From assembly GCA_044440125.1 (NCBI GenBank), contig JBITAJ010000029.1, positions 320,001 to 384,000 on the forward strand: a stretch of DNA of 64,000 nucleotides, in the 5' to 3' direction. Of this stretch, positions 18,122-28,309 are shown one piece after another. The translations under genes and the position numbers were made by a program. Position 1 is the first letter of the stretch; every line of letters starts with the position of its first letter. The stretch is from Sedimentisphaeraceae bacterium JB056 (GTDB lineage: Bacteria > Planctomycetota > Phycisphaerae > Sedimentisphaerales > Sedimentisphaeraceae). The notes under the pieces are model-generated. The model worked only from the letters and a program-made list of their open reading frames with translations. It did no database searches and was not told where the DNA came from.

Positions 18122-19597
18122 ATGATAGATGTACTCGATAAAAGCGCTCTTGAATTGCGTGAGATGATAGCTGCCGGTCAGCTTAGCAGTGTTGATGCTG
18201 TTAAGGCTGTTTTCAAGGCGATTGATAAGCACGATGATCAGGTAAAGGCCTATATCAGCACTTTTAAGGACAGGGCCCTTGCTGATGCGGCCAAGATTGA
18301 TGCTAAAATTGCTGCCGGTGAGAAACTGGGGGCTTTGGCGGGCGTACCGGTTGCGATCAAGGATAATATGTGTACTGATTGGGGCAACACAACATGTGCC
18401 TCAAAGATATTGGAAAATTTCAAAGCTCCGTATAATGCTGCGGTTGTTGATAAGCTTATTGAAGCTGATGCAGTTATCATTGGTAAGCTCAATATGGATG
18501 AGTTTGCAATGGGATCGAGCACCGAGAATTCCGGCTTTTTCCCGACATCAAACCCATGGGATACAACACGTGTTCCCGGCGGCAGCAGCGGCGGCTCGGC
18601 GGCGGCAGTAGCGGCAAGACTGTGTTATTCAGCTCTTGGTTCCGATACAGGCGGTTCTATACGTCAACCGGCCAGCTTTTGCGGCGTTGTGGGGCTTAAA
18701 CCTACTTATGGACGTGTCTCTCGTTATGGATTAGTGGCTTATGGTTCAAGTCTGGATCAGATAGGCCCGCTTTCGCGAACTGTTTCAGATGCGGCACTTA
18801 TGCTCAATGTTATCAGCGGCTATGACAGTAAAGACAGCACAAGCGTGCCTGAGAATATGGCTCCGCTCACCGATTATCTTGCCGATATTGATAAGCCTGT
18901 AGATGAATTGAAAATTGCGATTGTTCCAGAGTTTATCGAAAAGGCCGGAGCAGAGACTTGTGCAGCAATAAAAGAGGCTGTCGAGACATACGAGAAGCTT
19001 GGTGCCGAGATAATTGAAGTTGAGATGCCGCGATTCGACTATGCCATAGCGGCGTACTATATAATCGCTACGGCTGAGGCTTCAAGTAACCTTGCTCGCT
19101 ATGACGGTGTTCATTACGGACACAGGAGCGAAGAATGTGAGAATTATATTGATGTTTACACGAAATCACGTCGTGAGGCTTTTGGCCAGGAAGTGAAAAG
19201 GCGTATAATGCTTGGTAACTATGCTCTTTCAAGCGGTTACTACGATGCGTATTATCTGAAGGCTCTCAAGGTGCGTAATCTGATTCGTGAGGATTTCAGG
19301 GCGGCTTTCAAGAAGGCTGACTGCCTGCTTATGCCGGTTAGTCCGACAACGGCGTTTAAGATTGGAGAAAAGACAAATGATCCGCTCGAAATGTATCTGG
19401 CTGATATATACACTATTGCTCTTAATCTTGCCGGAATGCCGGGATTGAGTTTGCCATGCGGTTTTGATAACAATGGAATGCCGATAGGTATGCAGCTTAT
19501 AAGCGATACCTTTACCGAAGATAAACTGCTGAGGATAGCGAGGATGTTTGAAGCAAATACCGAGCATTCAAAGAAACGTCCGGAGATGTTGGGGTAA
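18122..19597 (+). CDS. gatA: Asp/Glu-tRNA amidotransferase subunit A
   Basis: Amidase signature GGSSGGS, GSDTGGSIRQPA, SSNLARYDG. Confidence 0.97.
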   Translation: MIDVLDKSALELREMIAAGQLSSVDAVKAVFKAIDKHDDQVKAYISTFKDRALADAAKIDAKIAAGEKLGALAGVPVAIKDNMCTDWGNTTCASKILENFKAPYNAAVVDKLIEADAVIIGKLNMDEFAMGSSTENSGFFPTSNPWDTTRVPGGSSGGSAAAVAARLCYSALGSDTGGSIRQPASFCGVVGLKPTYGRVSRYGLVAYGSSLDQIGPLSRTVSDAALMLNVISGYDSKDSTSVPENMAPLTDYLADIDKPVDELKIAIVPEFIEKAGAETCAAIKEAVETYEKLGAEIIEVEMPRFDYAIAAYYIIATAEASSNLARYDGVHYGHRSEECENYIDVYTKSRREAFGQEVKRRIMLGNYALSSGYYDAYYLKALKVRNLIREDFRAAFKKADCLLMPVSPTTAFKIGEKTNDPLEMYLADIYTIALNLAGMPGLSLPCGFDNNGMPIGMQLISDTFTEDKLLRIARMFEANTEHSKKRPEMLG

Positions 19598-19657
19598 TTT
19601 TGATCTTAGATAAGCATTGTTATTTTTATACATGCTTTTGATAGAAAGCGATTTATT

Positions 19658-21118
19658 ATGGCTGATTTGAAATATAAGACTATTGTTGGGCTGGAGATAC
19701 ATGTTCAGCTCAAGACTAATACAAAGATGTTCTGTTCGTGTCCGGTGGAATTTGGCGGCGAGCCTAATACTCGTGTGTGTCCGGTATGTCTGGGTATGCC
19801 TGGCGTGCTTCCGGTGATGAACAAGAAGGCATATGAGTATAGCGTGCTTGCTGCTCTGGCTTTGGGCTGCAATATACCGCGTTTTACCAAGTGGGACAGG
19901 AAGAATTACTACTATCCCGATTTGCCGAAGAACTACCAGATAAGCCAGTACGACTTGCCGATGAGCGAGCATGGCTTTATCGAGATCCCACTTGATGAGG
20001 GCGGTACAAAGAAGATACGCATTACCCGTGCCCACCTTGAAGAGGATGCCGGTAAGAATTCGCATACCGCCGGCAACCATTCGCAGGTCGATCTAAACCG
20101 TACCGGTACACCGCTTCTGGAGATCGTGACAGAGCCGGATTTGAGTAATGGTGCCGAGGTTCGCTCGCTTGCAGTAGAGCTTCAGAGAATTGTTCGCTAT
20201 CTTGGAGTTTCAGAGGCGGATATGCAGAAGGGACATATGCGTTTTGAGCCGAACATCAATCTTGTGATTGAAAAAGACGGCCAGACTTATAAGACAGCTA
20301 TTGTCGAGGTTAAAAATCTCAACAGCTTCAAGGCACTGGAAAGAAGTGTTGATTATGAGACAAAACGCCAGCTTAAGGCGTTTCTTGAGACCGGCAGGGT
20401 GATGGGTGTTGAGCCCAAGAGTACCCGCGGCTGGGATCCTGACCGCGAGGTGACATTACACCAGCGTAACAAAGAGGCGGCTAACGATTACCGCTATTTC
20501 CCCGACCCAGACCTTGTGCCGGTAGTGCTTGATGATGACTGGTTCGATAGTATCAAATCCAGGATGCCGGAGCTTCCTCTTGCAAAGCAGCAGAGATTTG
20601 TCGACGATTTCGGGCTTAGTGATTACGATGCTTCCGTGCTGACAGCCGACCGGGCAATGGCAGAGTATTTTGAGGATGTAGTAAAAGCCGGGGCTGACGC
20701 TAAGAAGGTATGTAATCTGCTTACTCAGACAGGCTTGAAGCTTGCCAATGAAGCGTCAAAGAGTTTTGTTGATTTTGGTGTTGAAGCCGGCGATATGGCT
20801 AAGCTTGCCAAGATGAGCGACGAAGGCACTGTCAGTTCTTCTGCTACAACAAAAATACTTGTGGAGATGGTCGCCGATCCGCAGGATCCAATGGCTCTTG
20901 CAGAAAAACTTAATCTCCTGCAGAAGAATGATGCAGGTGAGATCGAAGCTATTGTTGATAAGGTTCTCGCTGATAATCCGAAGGCTGTTGAAGATGCCAA
21001 AGAGGGTAAAAAGGCCAAGGCTTCGAGAGGTTTCCTTGTAGGCCAGGTAATGAAAGCCTCCAAGGGGCAGGCCAACCCGAAGATTGTACAGCAGTTATTG
21101 GCTCAAAAACTTGGCTGA
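19658..21118 (+). CDS. gatB: Asp/Glu-tRNA amidotransferase subunit B
   Basis: GLEIHVQL, YPDLPKNYQISQ, HLEEDAGK, YRYFPDPDL. Confidence 0.97.
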   Translation: MADLKYKTIVGLEIHVQLKTNTKMFCSCPVEFGGEPNTRVCPVCLGMPGVLPVMNKKAYEYSVLAALALGCNIPRFTKWDRKNYYYPDLPKNYQISQYDLPMSEHGFIEIPLDEGGTKKIRITRAHLEEDAGKNSHTAGNHSQVDLNRTGTPLLEIVTEPDLSNGAEVRSLAVELQRIVRYLGVSEADMQKGHMRFEPNINLVIEKDGQTYKTAIVEVKNLNSFKALERSVDYETKRQLKAFLETGRVMGVEPKSTRGWDPDREVTLHQRNKEAANDYRYFPDPDLVPVVLDDDWFDSIKSRMPELPLAKQQRFVDDFGLSDYDASVLTADRAMAEYFEDVVKAGADAKKVCNLLTQTGLKLANEASKSFVDFGVEAGDMAKLAKMSDEGTVSSSATTKILVEMVADPQDPMALAEKLNLLQKNDAGEIEAIVDKVLADNPKAVEDAKEGKKAKASRGFLVGQVMKASKGQANPKIVQQLLAQKLG

Positions 21119-21177
21119 GGCAGTACTTGAACAATAAGCAGTTTTTTACAGTTGATTTGTTTGAAATTTGATAGAAG

Positions 21178-21220
21178 AATCCCCGTATTTTAATCGTAAA
21201 GGATAAAATACGGGGATTTA
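21178..21220 (+). terminator. Terminator hairpin after gatB
   Basis: AATCCCCGTATTTTA...TAAAATACGGGGATT. Confidence 0.7.
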
Positions 21221-21562
21221 TAATTATATGAAGTATTGGTTTATGGTGAGCATGTGCTGACGTAAACTACTATATTGTCTCCCGAATTACCGTATACGTC
21301 CGTAGTTGAAGGTTGGTACGGTTTCAGGCATATAGGCTCATTAACCCATGATGCGAGTCCTTCTGTAACATAGTTCCATCGTATCAGAATATTGTATGAG
21401 CATTCAAGAGGTGTTTTATAATCTCCGAGATTACTTCGGGTGTCTTATGGTTTGATGTCTTGAAAGAGTATATCTAATCTATGTGTGTGGTAACCAATAA
21501 CACCATTACGCAAAGCCTTTCATTGTGTATTATCGCAAAAAAAACAATTATCAAGTTTTAAA

Positions 21563-21596
21563 TAGCTATTAATGCAAATGCTTGCATTAATAGCTA
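21563..21596 (-). terminator. Perfect 15-bp inverted repeat ending the DUF1553 operon
   Basis: TAGCTATTAATGCAA-ATGC-TTGCATTAATAGCTA. Confidence 0.55.
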
Positions 21597-21628
21597 CGGA
21601 GAAGGCATGGATAAAAGGCAATTTTGGA

Positions 21629-22795
21629 TTATAATTCTGGCATCTCTGGTGAGTTGCTTTTTGTTATCGCGATGGCCTCTATTTCAATCAGCCATTCAGG
21701 CCGGCAAACCGGTGCAAGGACTATCTCATGAGGAGTTCCACCAAGATACTTTGAGATATTTTCCTTGATGATGCTGAAATCCGAAATATCTCTTATATAG
21801 ACTATTGCTGAAGCTATATCTGAAAGCTTCGAACCGCATTTGTCAAGCAATGCCTGAACATTCTCCACCGTCCTGTCGAGCTGTTTAAGGACATCTCCTT
21901 TGTGAACAACTTGTCCTTTTTTATCGATGCTTGCCGTGCCGGAGATGAATGTATGTTTACGATCGCGGTATTTGACCGTTGTTGCTCTCTCAAAACTGAC
22001 TCCGTAGTCATGTGTTGGACACATGTTTTCCGGAACGCTTAAAAATTCTAACTGTTCATGCCGGATATTTGATATGGCATATGAATCCATGGCTGTATTA
22101 TGTTGCGGGTTCACATGGCGTCCTTCAATTCCTGTGCTTGCGATATAGTGAGTTTCTTTTGTAAGGCCGGCTTCTTTGAATATATCGTTTCTTGCTTCGA
22201 CGAACCCTTTGTAATTGACATCGACATTCTGCACGAAGAACCATGTTCGAACTACATTGTCAGAAAGAGTAAGTTCGTTCGCATCGAGATAGCTGTTGTA
22301 TTTGCTGAATATTCCTTCTGTCTGATAATATGAGTTTTGACCGGCAAATGCACAGAGATTTGTTGTCCAGTGATGAACGTGGTCTTTTCTTTGAAGTTTT
22401 AGTGAATTATCCTGCCAGCTCTTTTCAATACCGGAAGGATCGGATATATGATATGCCCACATTGATATTTTAGCCGGCATCATTGGTGGTTGGCAGATGA
22501 ATGACACAGCACAGTTGCTTTTCTGAGAAGAAGTGATGTCGAATTGTTCAAATCTGATCGCCTGATTATTCAGGTCGCTGCAGAAGAAACGACGGAATAT
22601 GGATGTATCCGAATCTATCCCGAGCTCATTCAATGTAAGCCGGTATGACTCATTTATCTCTGCCAACTGTTTTTCTACACTTGAATATGAGCTGGGACGA
22701 ATAAATATATTGTATTCGTCTACTCCGTTATCGCTTTTGAAAATCGATGTTTTTATCTCTGTTGTTCTACTGGGGAAGGCCGTAGATTTAATCAT
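21629..22795 (-). CDS. Multi-domain Rid/YjgF-family protein, FkbO/Hyg5 chorismatase-like
   Basis: VVRTWFFV, IASTGIEG, SFERAT, FISGTASID, VCRPEWLIEIEA. Confidence 0.7.
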   Translation of the reverse strand: MIKSTAFPSRTTEIKTSIFKSDNGVDEYNIFIRPSSYSSVEKQLAEINESYRLTLNELGIDSDTSIFRRFFCSDLNNQAIRFEQFDITSSQKSNCAVSFICQPPMMPAKISMWAYHISDPSGIEKSWQDNSLKLQRKDHVHHWTTNLCAFAGQNSYYQTEGIFSKYNSYLDANELTLSDNVVRTWFFVQNVDVNYKGFVEARNDIFKEAGLTKETHYIASTGIEGRHVNPQHNTAMDSYAISNIRHEQLEFLSVPENMCPTHDYGVSFERATTVKYRDRKHTFISGTASIDKKGQVVHKGDVLKQLDRTVENVQALLDKCGSKLSDIASAIVYIRDISDFSIIKENISKYLGGTPHEIVLAPVCRPEWLIEIEAIAITKSNSPEMPEL

Positions 22796-25089
22796 GTTTT
22801 TTCCTTGTTGCTGCCTATTATCTCAAAAGGAATAGCCGGTAAGCTGTTAAGCTCAACAGTGTTTTTCCTTGTCTGACCGCTTTTGTCTTTTCTTTCAGTT
22901 ATCATGTCAAGTTTTACAACTATATTATCTCTGTCACCAGCGGTACTTTTCTCAGAGGCCTTAAAAGTAATGCCTATTGTATTTTTTGTTTTCTGTATAC
23001 CTGTTATTTCTATTAGACCATTTTCATTTAACAAAGTTGCGTTAATTTTTTTATCAGTGAAATTTCCGGGGTTGTAGTTTATGAAAGTTACTTTCTTGCT
23101 TTTACCCGGTTCAAGTTTTATTTGGTCTATATCTGTTTTGAATGCCGGCATTCTCCACTTGATCTTTCTCTGTGCTGCAAGCAGTTCGCTCGAAGGAACA
23201 AGCTGATAATATATGAATGCCTGCATCATGTTTTCTGCGGGAACAACCGTCTTGCTTATTATTCCTTCATCAGTTCTTGAACGTGATTCAATTATTAATT
23301 CCGAAGGTGTTTTAAGATTATCAGGTGCTGTTATTGTGACGTATATACTGTCGGCTCCGGCTGGTATTTTGTCGCCTCTGAGCTTGTAACCGGCTTTGGG
23401 CCTTTCGCGAAGTCCAAGCAGTATGTCTTCGTTGAATCCATCTTTTTTGATTACGTCTATTTTGACTGCCGCGGTTTGTCCCGGCGGCAGGGCGATGCTT
23501 GAGGGAGTCATACGCAATTCGTAAGTAGGTATTGGATTTGATATTCGCATGCGATAGGCGTATTCTTTACCTGAAGCATTTGTTACATCAAAGATCCTGA
23601 CTTTGTATATCCCATCCTCGGGAATCGTTGTCATGATATATGGGTCAGCATGATGTGTTTCAAGACCGAAAGCTTTATTCTTATAATCATCATTAAATGC
23701 TATGACTTTATCCTCAGAGTCAGTTAGTTCAATTGCTGCATCCAGAGGGCTTTTGAGGTGTCTTGCATTAACTTCGATAACTATTTTCTCGTTTTTCCGG
23801 GCTTCGAAAGAAAAAAAGTCAGACTCCCCGTTTATTTCTATCTTTCCGTTTATGATTATCGGCAGATTTACCGCCTGAGGATTTTTAATAGTTGTACCGT
23901 TTTTTTCGATGCAGTCCGGCAATTCCTCTACAAGGTATGGTACTTTGTTTGAGAACAGGTTTTCATTGTTGATTTGAAGAAACTTTGTTTTGTTTCTTCC
24001 CGAACCCTTCATGTTTATAGTGGCTTTTTGACTTGGAAGATTCCATCCATCTATTTGGGCATCTATTGTCTTGTTTGTCATAGTTCCAAGCGGGAACATT
24101 GAAGTTATAAAAGGCTTCTCTGATACGCTTATTCGATAAACAAAATCTTCGCGGCCTCTGTAGATAGAGTCGTGTATTTGGACTTGATAGATGCCATCTT
24201 CCTGTGGTTCAAAAAATATGACGGGGTCAGGGTTGAATCTGTAATCATCGCAAAATTTAATCTCGTTCCCTTCTTTGTCCAGAATAGATATTACGGCCTG
24301 AAACCATCCGGGTACGGCATCGGCAAGATATGGTTTCAAACTTCTTGCATGTGCCTCTATAATAAGTTTTTCTCCTTTTTGGGCGATAAAACTGAGGCGG
24401 TCAATATCGCCGGGCATTATCTGACCATTAAAAACCACGGGTGTTTCTGCCGGTTCGAGATAGCTTTCTTTGTCATTTGGTTCACGTTCATTGCTTTCTG
24501 CAATCTTATCTATCTGGAAATTCAGAGGATTGCTTAATCCGTTGGCTGTCATGAGCCTTATCTGGTATATTCCGGGTTTGATATTGTCTCTTATGTTCAG
24601 CTTGACGCTTGTACTCTCGGCAAGCTGAGGGTCTGGCTTTTTACCGCCGAAAGCCTGTTTTGCTATTTCTCTCAATTCCGTTGAGTTGAGATTTTCAAGG
24701 TCTCTGAGCATTGGATGATTGAGTTTCGAATCTTTAGGGTAAGAGTCGAATTTTTCTTTAAGCTTTTCCGCCTCTTCAGGACTAAGCGGCTCATTGCCGT
24801 TTTGTCTCAATTCTTTTTGAATTGCCGCAAGTTTCTTTTTGAACATAGTGCGGTCTTCATCCTTTAATGGCCTTAAAGGCGGGATATACTCAATCACAAA
24901 AGGCTTTGCTGAGTTATCACTTATGTATACGGCTTGAGGTGAACGAAGATTCTGGCCGGCAATAAGAATATCTACTGCCTCGCCGCACTTGCCGCCTGCC
25001 GGATATACATAAGACAGGTGTGGTTCTGCGGCTGCCGCAAGCGTGATAATTAGTATAATACTCAGAATTAAAACTCTTATTTTCTTCAT
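22792..25089 (-). CDS. Secreted PPC (pre-peptidase C-terminal) repeat protein of planctomycete DUF1501 operons
   Basis: Signal peptide MKKIRVLILSIILIITLAAAA; YVYPAGG, EREPND, NGQIMPGDID, repeated D..YR.RI; start placed at 25089. Confidence 0.75.
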   Translation of the reverse strand: MKKIRVLILSIILIITLAAAAEPHLSYVYPAGGKCGEAVDILIAGQNLRSPQAVYISDNSAKPFVIEYIPPLRPLKDEDRTMFKKKLAAIQKELRQNGNEPLSPEEAEKLKEKFDSYPKDSKLNHPMLRDLENLNSTELREIAKQAFGGKKPDPQLAESTSVKLNIRDNIKPGIYQIRLMTANGLSNPLNFQIDKIAESNEREPNDKESYLEPAETPVVFNGQIMPGDIDRLSFIAQKGEKLIIEAHARSLKPYLADAVPGWFQAVISILDKEGNEIKFCDDYRFNPDPVIFFEPQEDGIYQVQIHDSIYRGREDFVYRISVSEKPFITSMFPLGTMTNKTIDAQIDGWNLPSQKATINMKGSGRNKTKFLQINNENLFSNKVPYLVEELPDCIEKNGTTIKNPQAVNLPIIINGKIEINGESDFFSFEARKNEKIVIEVNARHLKSPLDAAIELTDSEDKVIAFNDDYKNKAFGLETHHADPYIMTTIPEDGIYKVRIFDVTNASGKEYAYRMRISNPIPTYELRMTPSSIALPPGQTAAVKIDVIKKDGFNEDILLGLRERPKAGYKLRGDKIPAGADSIYVTITAPDNLKTPSELIIESRSRTDEGIISKTVVPAENMMQAFIYYQLVPSSELLAAQRKIKWRMPAFKTDIDQIKLEPGKSKKVTFINYNPGNFTDKKINATLLNENGLIEITGIQKTKNTIGITFKASEKSTAGDRDNIVVKLDMITERKDKSGQTRKNTVELNSLPAIPFEIIGSNKEKT

Positions 25090-25106
25090 CTTTCTGACAC
25101 CGAAAG

Positions 25107-26414
25107 TTACATTATTTCTGTTAATATTTTTCCTTTTGGAGGCATTACTTTTATATCTTCGCCAAGTGGATTGGGAAGGCTGCCCAACGGGTCTATTCCG
25201 CATAGAGTGTAAATGCTTGCGAGCAGGTCGGAAGGATGAGTAGGCCTGTCTAAAGGCTCCATGCCTTTGTCGTTTGAACTTCCTACAATAGACCCGCCTT
25301 TGAATCCTCCACCGGCTACCATTGAGCAGAAACAATTTCCAAAATGACTTCTGCCGCCATTCCAGGGCTGCTCCCATAATATTTTTGGTGTTCTTCCGAA
25401 TTCGCCCGACCACCATACTATGGTTGAGTCTAAAAGACCTCTGTCAGAAAGGTCCTGAAGCAGTGCTGCCATTGCTGAATCCATCTCGGGCAGCTTACGG
25501 TTCATTATTCCGAAATGTTGTTTGTGTGTGTCCCATCCTTTATAATTTATGGTTATATATGGTACTCCGATTTCGACAAGCCTTCTCGCGGCAAGGCAGG
25601 ACTGGCCAAATGTGTTTCTCCCGTAACGATCTCGAAGCTCATCAGACTCCTGCGAAAGGTCAAATACCTTGCCTTCCTCCCCAAGTATAAGCTCGTAGGC
25701 TTGTTCTTCACATTTGTTGTGCTGCTTGAAAAGCTTGTTGTCTTGTACGTTTTTCTCGAATGTATTCAATGAATGTAGAAGTTCTCTTCTGCTTTCCTGC
25801 TGTTTTTCTGTTATTCCTTCGGCTACGACCCCGGCGACAGTGAATATGTTTTTATTGGGGTCTCCACCTGTAGAGAACGGTTTGTATTTGGGCCCCAGAA
25901 ATCCTGTTTCAGAGAATCTTCCTTGTGGTTCTGTTAATATTACATATGGCGGGATAAGGCTGTTGTAGCCGTTCTTGTAGCCTTTGAACATTGAGACAAC
26001 AGCTCCAGTGGAAGGGTATACAAGCATTCCGGGCTGTCTGCCGGTTTGAGTTATGTATGAAGCAGTTTCGTGCCCGTTGCTGCCGTGTGTCATTGACCGG
26101 ATTATGGAGTATTTGTCTGCCATTTTTGCCAATTGCGGCAATTGCTCACATATTCTGATGCCTTTGATATTTGTTTCTATTGGACTTTTGTATGGCCCGG
26201 TGTAGTCTTCTCCTGCGCCTGGTTTTGGATCAAATGTGTCGAGATGAGAAGGTCCGCCCCACATCCATATTTGAATGACCGATTTTGCTTTAGGGACTAA
26301 TGTCGCTTCTTGTGCAGCATTAGTCAAACCGGATTTCCCGAAGCTGGGAATGAATGAACAGGCAATGCCTGCTTTAATCATGTCCCGTCTATTAAATTTT
26401 ATAGAGTTATTCAT
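25107..26414 (-). CDS. DUF1501 family protein with Tat signal
   Basis: NRRDMIK, IWMWGGPSHLDTFDPKP, CLAARRLVE, WDTH, GEFGRTP. Confidence 0.9.
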   Translation of the reverse strand: MNNSIKFNRRDMIKAGIACSFIPSFGKSGLTNAAQEATLVPKAKSVIQIWMWGGPSHLDTFDPKPGAGEDYTGPYKSPIETNIKGIRICEQLPQLAKMADKYSIIRSMTHGSNGHETASYITQTGRQPGMLVYPSTGAVVSMFKGYKNGYNSLIPPYVILTEPQGRFSETGFLGPKYKPFSTGGDPNKNIFTVAGVVAEGITEKQQESRRELLHSLNTFEKNVQDNKLFKQHNKCEEQAYELILGEEGKVFDLSQESDELRDRYGRNTFGQSCLAARRLVEIGVPYITINYKGWDTHKQHFGIMNRKLPEMDSAMAALLQDLSDRGLLDSTIVWWSGEFGRTPKILWEQPWNGGRSHFGNCFCSMVAGGGFKGGSIVGSSNDKGMEPLDRPTHPSDLLASIYTLCGIDPLGSLPNPLGEDIKVMPPKGKILTEIM

Positions 26415-26418
26415 GATA

Positions 26419-27969
26419 TTAATGCCTATACAAGAATTCTTTCGTGTTTATCAAAGCCCACATGATATCTTCGGCGGCTTTTTTACGCCATAGCTTTTGC
26501 TGTTTTATGTAATTAGTTACAATCGTAAGCTCTTCGTCAGTGGGATAGCGAGCAAGAACAAGTACGTATACTCTTTCGATCATTTGCTTGTTGCTTTTTG
26601 TCATCTTGACGATGTTGGATAGTATTTCACTGTTTTTTACCTGACTATGTATTTCGGTTGAATTGAGAAGGTGAAGAAGCTGCGAATTTGTCGGTGTATC
26701 GTTTCTCTCTGACAGCTTGCCGGTGTCTCGTGATGGTCTGCCAAACATTTCTAAAAACTGACTTGTTATACTTCCATCGGCAAGTTGTGTTGTTTTATGA
26801 TAGCCGGGGATGAAGGTATATGGTTCCGGTACCATGCTTGAATAATCATGTTCCGTCCCGCTTAAATAGCAAATCGCATCACTTAGAGTTTCAGCGTCAA
26901 GCCGCCTTATATTATATTGAGCGAAAAGTGTTTCTGCTTTCGGGTTGCTGCTCTTGGCTATGGATGATCTCTGCCAGCAATTGCTGTTCAATATCAGGCG
27001 GTATATTGCCTTGATGTTATAGTCATTTTTAACGAGTTCCTGTTCAAGATATGAAAGTAATTTCGGATTGGACGGTTTGTTTTTATCGCAGATATCGTCT
27101 GCCGGTTCGATTATCCCGAGACCATTGAGATTAGCCCATATTCTGTTTACGATGCATCGGTTGAACCATTTGTTGTCGGGTGATGTCAGCCAGTTGCAGA
27201 AAACAACTCTTGGATCTTGCCCTGTCTCGATTGTTATTTTTTTGCCATCGGGGAATATTGCTTCTATAGGATCTTTTATTGTCTGGTCGAAATAAACAAT
27301 CTCTTCTTTCCATTCTCCTGTCGGTTTGTATGCTACACGTGAAAAAAACTTATCGATATTTTCCCTGAACTGCTGGGTTTGCTTATCATATCTTATCCCC
27401 ATGAATGTAAGGCATACGGCAGATGCTATGTTCTCAGGCTCTTTCCCCTGAATAGCCCTGTAAAAATTCACTTGTGGAACCCTGAAATTGCTGCCGCTTG
27501 ATGTCAGAAGCTCTCTTGCAAACTCATCATAAGGCATGTTGTTTTCTACTGCATTTGTGAGCCAGTGGTGGTAGGCTTGAACAGCGTTGGGCCATAAATT
27601 TATAGGAAACTCTGATTTAACCCTTAATATGTTGCACCAGTACATTGCTGTATAATCAACGAATTCCTGAGAATCGAGGAGTTTGTCTATTAATTTGCTG
27701 CGTTTATTTGCATCGGTGCTTTTCAGGAATTCAGTGCTTTGCTGCCATGTTGGTATCTGGCCTGTTATATCAACATATGCTCTCCTTAGAAAGACTTCAT
27801 CAGAGCATATTTCGGCCGGTTCAATGCCTTCCTTTTCAAGTTCTGCAAGCATTAAACTGTCTATTTCTGATGAGATCAACGGTTTTGTGTTTTCAAGAGG
27901 AGCGGCATTTGCGAGGATGTTTATGCAAATGCTTGCAATGAGTAGAAAAAAATATATTAATTTCATCAT
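26419..27969 (-). CDS. DUF1549/DUF1553 domain protein
   Basis: DEVFLRRAYVDITGQIPT, VNRIWANLNGLGIIEPADD, RRLDAETLSDA, WALINTKEFLYRH. Confidence 0.9.
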   Translation of the reverse strand: MMKLIYFFLLIASICINILANAAPLENTKPLISSEIDSLMLAELEKEGIEPAEICSDEVFLRRAYVDITGQIPTWQQSTEFLKSTDANKRSKLIDKLLDSQEFVDYTAMYWCNILRVKSEFPINLWPNAVQAYHHWLTNAVENNMPYDEFARELLTSSGSNFRVPQVNFYRAIQGKEPENIASAVCLTFMGIRYDKQTQQFRENIDKFFSRVAYKPTGEWKEEIVYFDQTIKDPIEAIFPDGKKITIETGQDPRVVFCNWLTSPDNKWFNRCIVNRIWANLNGLGIIEPADDICDKNKPSNPKLLSYLEQELVKNDYNIKAIYRLILNSNCWQRSSIAKSSNPKAETLFAQYNIRRLDAETLSDAICYLSGTEHDYSSMVPEPYTFIPGYHKTTQLADGSITSQFLEMFGRPSRDTGKLSERNDTPTNSQLLHLLNSTEIHSQVKNSEILSNIVKMTKSNKQMIERVYVLVLARYPTDEELTIVTNYIKQQKLWRKKAAEDIMWALINTKEFLYRH

Positions 27970-28058
27970 AAAAAGCTCACACTAATTAATGTTTTGAGTT
28001 AAATCAACTCTTATTTGGTCAAATAAAGGGGTTAAAGACCAATATCTTGCTATTTTGC

Positions 28059-28087
28059 GCAATCGTTTTAGCTCTTAAGACGATTGC
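28059..28087. promoter_or_regulatory. Inverted repeat, candidate enhancer site upstream of the nifA sigma54 promoter
   Basis: GCAATCGTTTTA-N5-TAAGACGATTGC (11 of 12 paired). Confidence 0.4.
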
Positions 28088-28201
28088 AAAATTATTTTAT
28101 TGCTTATTGTACACATTAATCATGTTTTTTTATACATTTTTTTGTCCTAATTATGCTCTTACAGTTTGGGATATCGATATTAAATGTCAATAAGTGCTTT
28201 C

Positions 28202-28217
28202 TGGTATGAAATTTGCT
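28202..28217 (+). promoter_or_regulatory. Sigma54 -24/-12 promoter upstream of nifA
   Basis: TGGTATGAAATTTGCT (GG-N10-GC). Confidence 0.6.
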
Positions 28218-28309
28218 TTTATCTAAGATGTTAGACGATAATGTTGATTACTGGCTATAAGCCTTCGAAATTGTGTTAAATTAAGTTTTTTATACAAAAT
28301 TGTACTAAA

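Noticed and set aside
21241..21444. Start-less minus-strand open frame of about 67 codons between two terminators
   Set aside because: No clear start, RBS or recognisable motif; cannot be supported as a gene or pseudogene
25090..25416. N-terminal extension of the 874-aa ORF
   Set aside because: It overlaps the DUF1501 gene; the signal peptide begins at ATG 25089
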